Of a stretch of 64,000 nt of DNA, positions 1 through 10,176 are shown in pieces. Location: positions 62,001 to 126,000 of the forward strand of contig CDRNVI010000058.1 in NCBI GenBank assembly GCA_977017575.1. The letters run 5' to 3'. The stretch comes from Paramoeba atlantica (lineage: Eukaryota; Protista; Discosea). Every line of letters starts with the position of its first letter. The first letter of the stretch is position 1. Made by a program: the position numbers and the translations under genes. The notes under the pieces are model-generated. The model worked only from the letters and a program-made list of their open reading frames with translations. It ran no database searches and was not told where the DNA came from.

Positions 1-915
1 GATGATGTTCAATGGAGTAGACAGCAGATTCGATATGATGAGCCTTATCACATTTTCCCTGAACGTAACCGTACCGCCGAGCCAGGCGGAGAGCGGACAC
101 GGACTGAACCGTGCAAACACCGATGCCTGGACAAGGCCTCCTGCAAGCACCCATGCTGTAAAGTCACAGGGGAACATTCCAATACTGTGAGCGAGCATTT
201 GCCAAGCCCGCCTCTCTCGGGACTCCCTGCCAACAGAACTACAGACTCCGCCACATTCCATCCACCGGCACATGAACAAAGGCTACCAGAACCCTTGTCG
301 CCCGAAGAGGGGGCCAGTGCTGCTTCCGCCTCTTTATCATTCCGACCATGCAAACATATCTGTCGAGACAAAACGAGCTGCAAACATTTATGTTGTAAAG
401 TGGGAGTTGTGCAACGCACATCCAATGCACGACATCTGGAGAATGACAACAGGCCCCCAGAGGCACGCAACGAGGAAGCTGACCGCGTACCGTGCAAACA
501 CACATGCCGTGACAAAGCGAATTGTGGGCACTCATGCTGTAGAAATGGAAAAGTCCCCACACAAGCCAGGTGGTCTCTAAGGAACCTGCTACCTTGGGTT
601 GCACAGAGCAGCAGCGACTCTTCACACAACGCAACAGAACGCAGTGTGCCTGAAGAACCTGACAACTCCTCTGCTGCGAGCCCTATGGTAGTGGCTAGTA
701 TAACTCCAGGAGTAACTGACCCAGACCTTGGGGTACCTTCAGCCCCCGACACCGGAATCACTACTCGCTGTGGAAATGAGGACGAGCCCAGGCGCCCCTG
801 CATGCATACATGTCGCGACAAACTTCACTGCAAGCACAAATGTTGCCGAATTGGAGTACTCTTACCCTCGACACTGCCTTCCTCATCTACCGCACTCACG
901 GTGGAATCCCCTTAA
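1..915 (+). pseudogene. N-terminal retroelement coding region with four CxHxCxDKxxCxHxCC repeats
   Basis: Frame 1 is open from base 1 to TAA at 913-915. Motif copies: PCKHRCLDKASCKHPCC (~109-160), PCKHICRDKTSCKHLCC, PCKHTCRDKANCGHSCC, PCMHTCRDKLHCKHKCC. Confidence 0.7.
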
Positions 916-1315
916 TCTCATCTCCAGAATACGCCCATCCGTCCACATAGCAGAGGTTCCTCCTGGGGTTGAGCCATGCGACAGAGACGATCCCCCTCAT
1001 GCAATAACCACACTTGTACAGGAGCCACACTCTACCACACGACCGGAAACGCTCGCTCCGGAGGTGACCGTAGAACCGAGCCCTCAAACTCAGACCAGTT
1101 CACGCACACCCACTCCCACACCCAGGAATCTACGTCCAGAAGATGACCGGAACAACCGTCCTTCCCCACATTCTCCCGTAGTAGCCGTCCCGCCCGACAA
1201 TACCGCATCTCATCCGGGAACACGCAGCGACCGACCACTGCTGCGCTCTACCCGACCACCAGTACAGAGCGAGCGCGGCAATGCTCGTCCTCCGAACAGC
1301 TTGCACGATACCTAG

Positions 1316-4266
1316 GTGGAGGACACACCCGAGAATCTTCTCAGCACACTACGCACCATTGAAGGGGGTCGCATCATGGTACACTTCTCCAATGAGCAAT
1401 GGCAACGGACAGAAAAGAAAGCAGTGGAGCGATGCACTAAGTTTGTGAAGCGTGCCGAAAGCGCTACCGAGGCCACGAATCAAGCTGCATTGCTCACTGC
1501 CTGTATTGCCGTATCGGCCTACGAGACTGCCAGCAGCACGGATCCAACAGGAGGATTCCGTATCAGGACGCACACGGGTCAGAGGGAACGTAGATCTCGC
1601 CCCCTTGCGGCTGAGCGATCAGCGAAGCAACTTTCTACGCACGTGCGCCAGCTCAAGACAGCACTACGGTACGCGCACGGTCGATCCGAACGCAACCGCA
1701 TTAAAGGCGAAATCAAAGAGGCAGTGAAGCTGCAAAAGGTCTATACTGAGGAGGGCGATCTGCAAAGACAGGAAATGGCGAAGAGCTGGGCCCGTATCCG
1801 GTTCCAAAGGAACCCCTGGACCGCAGCCAGCGAATGTCTGGACAACCACGGGAAGGATGCTCTAGAACGAATCGGCAAGTACCCAAACGTCCCCCGCACC
1901 GAGGTCGGCAATCATTTTTGCAATGCCATGGACTCAGAGGAAGAGTATGGTCTCCCCCCGCTAGAGTTACTAGGTCCCCAGGCGGAGTCGACTATGCAGT
2001 GGGAGGATATAAACAGCTCAACGGTTACTGCTGCGATAGCATCCAAACGTCATTCCGCGGCACCTGGCGCAGATACCATCAGTAACGCCGTCCTAAAGCG
2101 CTGCTCGGCGGTGTACCCCTTCCTAGTTCAGACCTTTAACGACCTCATCAAGTTCGGCGTTTGTCCAGAGGGCTGGAAGCAGGCCACCACGATACTCATT
2201 CATAAGGATGGCCCCACGGACCGGCTTTCCAACTGGAGACCAATTAGTCTCACTAGCTGCCTCGGGAAACTTTTTCACACTATAATCAGCCACCGTATCC
2301 TAGAACATGTAACACGTTCAGGCGTAATAGACACCTCGATACAGAAAGGGTTTCTCCCAGGTGTAAACGGATGCATCGAGCACACGCAGGCGCTATGCGA
2401 GCTTCTTGATTTCCAGAGACAACACAAGCGACAGTACTGCTTAGGCCAATATGACCTGAAGAACGCCTTTGGCTCACTACCCCACACTGTTCTATTCTCA
2501 GCCTTACAGTGGGCCCGTCTTCCTCTATCATCTCCTACATCCGTGCTCTGTATACAGGCGCATCAATGCGAGTTAAATGTGCAGATGGACTCACGGACGA
2601 TGTCGCTATTGCCCGTGGTGTCCTGCAAGGCGATACTCTATCACCGGTGTTGTTCCTCATTGCCATGGAAGTGGTAAAACGGTATCTCCGCACTAGCTTG
2701 CCGAAGTATGGGATTAAATGGGATGGACAAGAAACCTTCCTAAAGGCATTTGCTGACGATCTTGCCATCATTACCAACACGCCGGAGGAACTTCAACGCG
2801 CCACCAACGTCTTGCACAAGGTACTATCGATTATGGGACTTCGGCTAAACGTAGGCAAATGTCGGGTACAGCACATGGCGGTACTAGACGGGGGTTTTAA
2901 AACGCATCGTCCACGAATAGTTGCGGATGGACAAATCATACCCCATATTTGCGACCGGGGAAGCTATTTTCTTGGCATGACCCTGGCGCCGGGGGCTCGA
3001 CAGGGGAAACTCCTGTTCAAAACCTTGCGCGCTAAGCTGCGCGCATGGTTGACAAACATTACAGAAAGCGCTTTTGACCAACCCGCAAAAATATGGATAT
3101 ACAACAACGCGGTAACCTCTCGGCTACGATATGCCCTCACCGTGAACCCCGGCTTGACCTTCAACTACATCCTGCGCCTTCAGAAATTAGCAACGTTACA
3201 GATCCGGAAATGGCTTAATATTGCTAAAACTGCAACAAGCGAACTAATTTATTCGGAAAGCGGCTGGCGACTAATGAGCGTGTCTAAACTCTGGCTGCAG
3301 TGTACGGCCACAGCGCTTTCCCAAATGGACCGCTCCCGGGATCCAGCAGTGCAGTACGCGTTAAGACATAGGATTGCAACTGAGCAGCGCAGACGCTCCT
3401 CCGGTCAAATTAGGCCCGCGGCACAGTTTCATAACATGCGTTCTGATCCGGACCAGCTACGACGGACAATCAACACGGAATACGAACGACATCTGCAGGA
3501 ATCAGTGCAACGGCGTACCACAGTGGCGTGCCAATGGTTTCAAATGGCTACCGAAAGCGAACTTGCAAAAGACTTTGCTTCGGCCCTCTGTAACATAAAA
3601 AGCCCCTCTTTGTCCCGATTTGCCGCGTCAGTGATGACTCAAACGCCGCTGCCTACCCGGGCTGCCCTTCGTCGCTGGGGAATATCGTCCCACGTCAGCG
3701 ATATTTGCCCTATTTGCGGCGATGCTGTTCAAACTCCTCGCCATATATTAACTGGCTGTAAGGTATCCCTGGAGCAAGGTCGGTATACCTACCGGCATGA
3801 TTTAATCTTACTCGCTCTCGCTGACGCAGTGTCCGATGCACCGACCACCGCTTCTCGTCACTTCGACGTGTCGTGTTACAGAAATCCCCCCGCCTGGCTC
3901 TCGCACAATACTGAATTGAGGCCAGACGGGTGGGTTCGTCTGAACAATGGCACCGAATTTATCATCGAACTTACCTCACCATGGGAGGAAAATATGGAAG
4001 CTGCGCATGAAAGGAAAGTAAGAAAGTACGAACACCTTTATGGTCAAAGGAAGATGGAGAATCCTGCGACCTTCCTACTAGTTTTTGAGGTTGGAGCTAG
4101 GGGAAAGCTCAACTCGTCTGCTCGGGCGCTCAACTCTCTATTTGCCGGATGCAAAGCATCGGCTTCACGGTGCAGGGAGAAGCTAGTGCAGCGAGCACTC
4201 CAGGGGAGTTTCGCCATTTACCAACAACGCGAAAGCTCGACCTGGGGGATGCCGAGCTTCCAGTAG
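1316..4266 (+). pseudogene. Reverse transcriptase-RLE endonuclease ORF, frameshifted
   Basis: ORFs 1316..2677 and 2509..4266 join through a 1-nt frameshift near 2523 (LQWARLP/SIISYIRALY). An in-frame TAG lies at 1313-1315 upstream. Confidence 0.88.
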
Positions 4267-4362
4267 GGTGGAATGCTCAAGAGGAAACGCGTTTTGGGCA
4301 CGTGGAAACATTAGTTTCTCTTCTCTGGAGTATTTAATCTCTGCACTATAAGTGCATGATTA

Positions 4363-7355
4363 CCAAAGTTTGTTCAGTTCAGCTTCTATAAACGCTTTAA
4401 TGGTATCAATATTGTTGGCTATGAACTCCATTGCTACGAACTTATCCTGACACCAACGCGTGATACCACCTAGTTTGGGAGTTTCGATGCCCTGCGATTT
4501 CGAAGCTCTATCTAATGCAGATAGAACAGCCCCTCCATGTTCCTGCAAAATGCTACATTTCTCATCCCAAGTTAAAGCTGAAACGCTTAATTTTTCTAGC
4601 AGACTCTCAGATTCACTTGGAATAACTGTTTTTAAGATTACGAGACTGTCCAAAAGACCGTTTTCGAGCCCCGAATAATACTTTTTTAAACTTCTATCCC
4701 CGAACCTGCTGCAATAGGTTCGAAAATTCGATGAAGCCGTGACAAAAGTCTCATCAGATTTCGCAAGCTTTATTCCTAAAGCAATACCTTTGTACTTGCC
4801 TTTAGATGCACTGGGTTTTCCAGCAGAGTAAAAAGCCTGGGCGAAAGTTTTCTTGAATTTAAAGGCAGGGGATTCCTCATAGGACTTGAAGGCCGTGTTG
4901 CACACACAGTTTATCATGTGACCTATGCAGGAAAGCAAAGCGATACTGGGAACTGCTTGGCGCAAACCGTGCTCGAAGTTCATGAGATCATCACTTCCAA
5001 CTTGGTCTGTTCTCTCATAAATGTCCCGCAAATGTCCTTCACAATACAATCTGGCCACATGATTAACGGCGCTACCGTCAACCATTAGAAACTTCTTCTT
5101 CAGTCGGTCAGAGCCAATGTTAATAGTCAAACTACTAACCAGTGTTTCTGCCATGAGCTTCCCATCAAATGCCTTGTATTGTGGTGAGTACGTAGGCGGA
5201 AGAACATACAGTCCAGGTACTGGTTTCCCCCCCAGGCTCCTGAGCACACCGTAAGAGCTTTTGACCTAATTCCTTCGGCATTCAACAGATCTCGAAAAAG
5301 TAGAGCGTTTCCCGTCGTTTGTTTGCCCATCACCCCCCCTGGGTCAAAAATATTTTGAAAACACACGAAAAAAATAGCATAATTTTACCAAAAAAACCCA
5401 ATATTTCAAAAAATTAGGAGTTTTTTATTCAAATATAGTTTCTTATTCTATGAATTTGAGGGATACCCCCGTTAAATCTACTAAAGGTCAGTACTCCAAC
5501 TCGCCGAAAAACAAGACACCCCCTATTACCCATAAAACTTCGCGATGTGCACTCCCAGAGCGCCCTGAAATTGTCCGCCAATATAAAAAAGGAAATTCGA
5601 TTCATACTTTAGCTAAAAATTTTGGCAGGGACAGAAAGACTGTCCGTGAAATTCTGTCTACGTGGAAGATTAAAAGTCCACTAGAACCCAAACCCCACCC
5701 AGGCCCTGGTTTTTCTGTGTCTACGAAGCCATTCAGGGCGGCACTCGTCAAAGTTGTTAACGATGCTAACAAAACAATCGATGGCTGCCCAAACTTTCCT
5801 TAGGCACATAACGAAATGATTAAAAAGGGGTTTCATTGCTCTCTAAGCACAATAAAGAAAACTCTACGTTCATTAAATTATCTACTACAAGCAAAAGCAC
5901 CTAGCTGCGAGTTAAAGCAACATCACAAAGAGGCCCGCTTAAGTCTAGCGGAGTCTTTATTGCCCTTTCCCAAAGAATAATTAGATTCTATAATTTGGAC
6001 GGACGAACAAAAATTTACATGTGGTTCAAAGACTTACTCTCGCTTTTTTATCGGAAAGAAAGGATGTACCAAAATTAAAATGAGGAGAAACGACCGATGG
6101 TTTGGCGGTAAAGGTGTCATGATATGGATGGGAATCAGTGTGAAACACGGCCCTTTTTTGCATTTGTTTTCATCCCAATCGCAAGGTAAAAAAATTAGGG
6201 ATGCAAGTTCCGTGAAGGGTGAAACGATTCTCGTTGAGTGTTTTTCAAAAAGGGGGGGTATTCTTGAATATTTAGTTGAAAATAGAGAACAAGCAATTGT
6301 GCAAATGGACAATGCGGCCACGCATAACAAAACGAAGCGTGTCCTTTTCGAAAAAGGAATTACTCGATTGGAGTGGCCAGCACTCTCTCCTGACCTCAAT
6401 CCGGTGTGCTCAGGAGCCTGGGGGGGGAAACCAATACCTGGACTGTATTCCTTGGGACCGATATACAAAAGACATAGCAATATATGCTCCCCTTTCATTC
6501 GATCAGTACCGGCGTCAATGGCGGCTCCAAAGTACAGATACTTGTCAATATCTGTCTTTAGAATATCCCAGAGTTCATCTGCCAGAACAGATTCGTACTC
6601 ATGCAGTTTTCCAGTCTTCTTTGGAAAAAATGTAAGAAATTGCTGAATCGTGACGTTGGATGGCCATTGCTCAAGGAAAGATCGAACAAACGTCAAGAAC
6701 TGCTGCGAAAGAATGTTCATGAGTGCATGCATGAAAGGAACAGTGCGAGTAGCGTAAATCTCGGACTCCTTGTTGCTTGTCAAGGCGACCTGAACGGCTG
6801 TAGCTTGCTCTCGCTTCACTCGGACTTCACATTCTCTGCGATGATATTGATAATGATTCCGCGTCCGACAGTGAGACTCGAAACGGCAGCCAGGAGCAGT
6901 ACACTTGTAGTGGCAGTCATGGCCCATGCCGTCAACGGGCATCGCGTCGTGGTTGTGAAGACAATTTGCGGAGCACCGTACTACCTCAAAATTCGGTACT
7001 GCCCCTTCTTGCGTAAGACCACTAGGGGGTATCGCACGCTGCGTAGCGTGTAAAGTAGAAGGGGGTGATAGACTTGCCTCACTTTCGTCGGAGCCCACCA
7101 CACTACCGCGTGGTTTGCTAGGCATGTAGAAACTGAGTCGGGGATGAGAAGAAGTTCACGTGTATGAAAAGAAGAAACTGACTTAACAATACTACTGCAA
7201 ACACCAACAAAGAACTCCATAAAAGTATAAATTTTTCGTCAATATAAAAGGATAATTGTTCAGCAAGCCGAATTTTTTTTCCTAGTACGAACTTTCGTAC
7301 TTAGTACGAATAGTACGGTACTAAGTACGGTACTGTCGTACTAAGGAGATGTATG
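4363..7355 (-). mobile_element. hAT-like DNA transposon, interrupted by Tc1 and truncated by the retrotransposon
   Basis: ORFs 6034..7125 and 4360..5247 rejoin in frame (GPKE-Y-VLPPTY) when the Tc1 plus one TA is removed. Motifs IDAGTD, MVDGSAVN, CIGHMIN (CxxH), TRW. Terminus CGTACTAAGGAGATGTATG at 7337-7355 with TAGTAC/GTACTA subterminal repeats at 7283-7345. Confidence 0.75.
5209..6445 (+). mobile_element. Tc1/mariner element, internally deleted, non-autonomous
   Basis: ~43-bp TIRs starting CAGTCCAGGTA (5209-5251 / 6402-6445) and TA TSD (5207-8, 6446-7). HTH (IVRQYKKGNSIHTLAKNFGRDRKTV), WTDEQKF, GVMIWMGI, QMDNAATH and WPALSPDLNP present. Stops near 5803 and 5980; sequence runs into the TIR before the catalytic E. 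Confidence 0.92.
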
Positions 7356-7536
7356 TTTTGCCTTTCAAAAGGAGTCTCAGAAGGGCCCTGTGAGTCCATT
7401 ACAGAAAGGAAACTTAGTGCAATCGCTCTATAGGAACGACATCTCTAGTTTGCAACAAAGATGAGCAGAACAGATTAAGAGTACATCTCGCCAAAGAGGG
7501 AAATTGTGACTGATACGGTAATAAATGCTATTCAAA

Positions 7537-8940
7537 TCATAAATTTACAAATAAGACACGAATCCTGTACATGAGACTTCCAAGGGAAATGCTTACCAGG
7601 AGGCCAAGCAATTGCGTTAATATATTGAACTCATTAGCCAATGGCGAAATCAGAAGCATCAAACATGTAAATACGAGAAATCCTATTTCCCTCCGGCATT
7701 TAGTACATATGGCTCCAACAATTCCCCTTGAAGAATCTCCGGAATTCTTCCGAATTCTGTTACCCTCTGTCAGCGGTGCCTGAAACTGTAATTTCAAAAA
7801 ATGCCTCTGCGATCTCACCTTTATACCACTATTCATCAAAAGACAATATCTTAGAATAGGATCATTGAAGTCTATTTGAGCATCCTTCGTGTGAAAATAG
7901 TGGAAAAGGGAAAGAATGGTGTCTCCAGCCACGTGGCTCAAAGCATCCGACATATCATCTAGGGTACGTGTCGTTAGGACACGTACACCAAAATTTTGAG
8001 GGATATGCCTCTTTTGGCTAAGCAATAGACGACGTCGAGAAGTCGTATTAATAACAATACTTCCACGTCTCATATTGGTAACTAAGCCTCCTGTGAGATG
8101 CATAAGACTGTGTTCTTGAATCCCTTCAAGAGCTATAATAACAATATCAAAATTGATCAATTCGGGAATAAGGCACCGTTGAATACCTCCCTCCCTTTTT
8201 GCTTTCGAAGAGGGAGATGCTGGTAAAGTTATGTACGAGATGTTAAGATCCTGAATGCGCTTTGTACTACTTTCGTGCGTATCAGCCATTGTAATGGAAC
8301 CGCCCAGGAGTGAGCCATAACGTGCAGCAGCCATGGCAACTCTACCGGAGCCAAGAATTAGTATCTGAGCACGAGATAACACACGCTCAGGTGTGGTATA
8401 GCCCTGAAGAGGCTTAGCGTAGGCCTTTGCGGCGGTAAGGATAGCGCGATATCCGATGAGATCCGCAGAGCTACTTGTGAAACTACCGCCCTGTGTACCC
8501 ATTTCTGCGCGATCCATTAACAACACACTGGCTTTCTTTTTCTGGAGCAAAGGAATCTGCTTGATTCCGCATCGCCCGTAGGGTGTGAATATCCAAGTCG
8601 TGTTCTGGGTTAATTTTTCCAATACCTGTGCACTGGGCGAATGCAATGCAATGAAACATTTGGCTTGGGAGTACATTTGGTTGTGACCCACGATCTCAGC
8701 ACCAGCATTGTGAAAGATTCGGTTTGATATCCCTACTTGCTGTCCAATGTGCTCCTCTATGAGTACTCGTATTCCCATGCGGGTGAGCTGTTGCACGTGA
8801 TGCGGCGCAAGGGGAAGACATACGCGGCGTTGATGCATCTGGACCGGGACACCGACCACCAGGTCGTTAAATTTCACAATGGAAGCAAAGGGTTTGGAGA
8901 TACCCATTGCGGCTAGTGATAGTTTCGCCATGCGGGACAT
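7537..8940 (-). CDS. Divergent NAD(P) transhydrogenase alpha (dI plus start of membrane domain) / AlaDh-PNT family
   Basis: GVP..RRV.L.P.HV..L...G..VLIE..G N-terminus, GYRAIL.AA, Rossmann ILILGSGRVAMAAA, DIVI, MRRGSIVIN, and two hydrophobic C-terminal helices. Confidence 0.7.
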   Translation of the reverse strand: MSRMAKLSLAAMGISKPFASIVKFNDLVVGVPVQMHQRRVCLPLAPHHVQQLTRMGIRVLIEEHIGQQVGISNRIFHNAGAEIVGHNQMYSQAKCFIALHSPSAQVLEKLTQNTTWIFTPYGRCGIKQIPLLQKKKASVLLMDRAEMGTQGGSFTSSSADLIGYRAILTAAKAYAKPLQGYTTPERVLSRAQILILGSGRVAMAAARYGSLLGGSITMADTHESSTKRIQDLNISYITLPASPSSKAKREGGIQRCLIPELINFDIVIIALEGIQEHSLMHLTGGLVTNMRRGSIVINTTSRRRLLLSQKRHIPQNFGVRVLTTRTLDDMSDALSHVAGDTILSLFHYFHTKDAQIDFNDPILRYCLLMNSGIKVRSQRHFLKLQFQAPLTEGNRIRKNSGDSSRGIVGAICTKCRREIGFLVFTCLMLLISPLANEFNILTQLLGLLVSISLGSLMYRIRVLFVNL

Positions 8941-9425
8941 CGCTCATTCCGAGTAACAAACACGGTACGTAGGCATCCGCGGCCTTATGCTCTACTTTAT
9001 TTGATAACTAATTGAAGCGTCCACTGTTGTGCCATGGAAATAAGAGATGTAATAACAGGAATAGTAAAAGCCTATTAAGTGAATCAAGTTTCGACAAAGA
9101 TAAAGGAAATCGAAAGAGGAACAGATGCAGAAAAGGTAACACACTAACGCAATAATACAAATTATAAAAGTATTGTGTAAATAACCTAAAACACAATTCA
9201 CCACCGTTCATGAAAAATTAGAGATTGTTTATATAATTCTCGTATTTTAAGAGTGGTTTCTTAACCTAATGCAATGTATAGGAAATAAATATTTAAAATT
9301 GAATTTTCTATAGGAGGATGGAAAGATATACATAAATCTATGATACATAAATATAGTCATAGACATTTACGGGAAAACTGAATCACTTGAATATGCCGTA
9401 ATTTACGCGAAACATGTAAATTACT

Positions 9426-9872
9426 TCACGATTTAATACCCGTAGACCCGAATCCACCCTCCCCACGCTGCGTCTCGTCTAAACGTTCGACCTCCACCAC
9501 CTCTGGGGTCACAATACGTTCCAGTACAAGCTGAGCGATGCGGTCGCCACGCTTTACGTCGAAGTCCGCACTGCCGTGGTTGAACAACACAACGCCAACA
9601 TTTCCCCTGTAGTCCTCGTCAATCACACCCGCCCCGACATCTATAAAATGTTTCACCGCCAATCCTGAGCGAGGCGCAACTCTGCCATAAGTCCCGGGCG
9701 GCACAGCAATGGATAAATCGGTAGGGACAATTTGTTTGCCGCGTGCGGGGACAGTGTGATCGCCCGCGCTGCACAGGTCATAGCCAGCCGCAGAGGAACT
9801 GCCGCGGATGGGAAGTGTTGCTGCAGAGGAGAGACGCACGACGCGTAGCGGAAGAGTCCCTATGGTTGTCAT
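9426..9872 (-). CDS. DUT: dUTPase, trimeric (beta-fold) type
   Basis: All five motifs: [40 protein letters not shown]. First ATG at 9872 (MTTIGTL). Confidence 0.96.
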   Translation of the reverse strand: MTTIGTLPLRVVRLSSAATLPIRGSSSAAGYDLCSAGDHTVPARGKQIVPTDLSIAVPPGTYGRVAPRSGLAVKHFIDVGAGVIDEDYRGNVGVVLFNHGSADFDVKRGDRIAQLVLERIVTPEVVEVERLDETQRGEGGFGSTGIKS

Positions 9873-10176
9873 CAAAAAAACGTATCGGAGGGTAGAGGTG
9901 TGGTCTAAAAATTCAATGCAGTAGATGTGTATGTGTAGATGTGTATGTTGTGTAAAAATAGGAAAAAAGAGGTTAAAATCATCAAAACAATTTAAGGGAA
10001 ACCAATTAATCGACAATTTTTTTCTCAACAAATTTATGGCGAAAACCCATATTTTCGCAATAAATTTTTATTAGGATTCGAATCACGAAGCGCGGTAAAA
10101 AATTGAATGAGAAAGAACTCAGTTTCTAAAAATAAAAATTCTTGATTAAAGGTCGGATGATTACAAAAGACGAAAT

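Larger units (their letters stand above)
1..4366 (+). mobile_element. Non-LTR retrotransposon, RLE (R2/NeSL/HERO-like) group; degenerate, 5' end outside window
   Basis: RT motifs (WRPISLTSCLGKLF, QKGF, YDLKNAFGSL, GVLQGDTLSPVLF, FADDL). C-terminal CCHC knuckle (CPICG..HILTGC), RYTYRHD and PD-(D/E)xK nuclease (RPDG..IIELTSPWEEN...K..KY). Short 3' UTR ending in hairpin TGCAC-TATAA-GTGCA + TGATTAC at ~4342-4363. Confidence 0.92.

Noticed and set aside
1-4366. SL-RNA-specific (SLACS/CRE/NeSL-like) targeting by the retroelements
   Set aside because: Neither element is flanked by SL sequence, and the SL exon at 30134 is intact.
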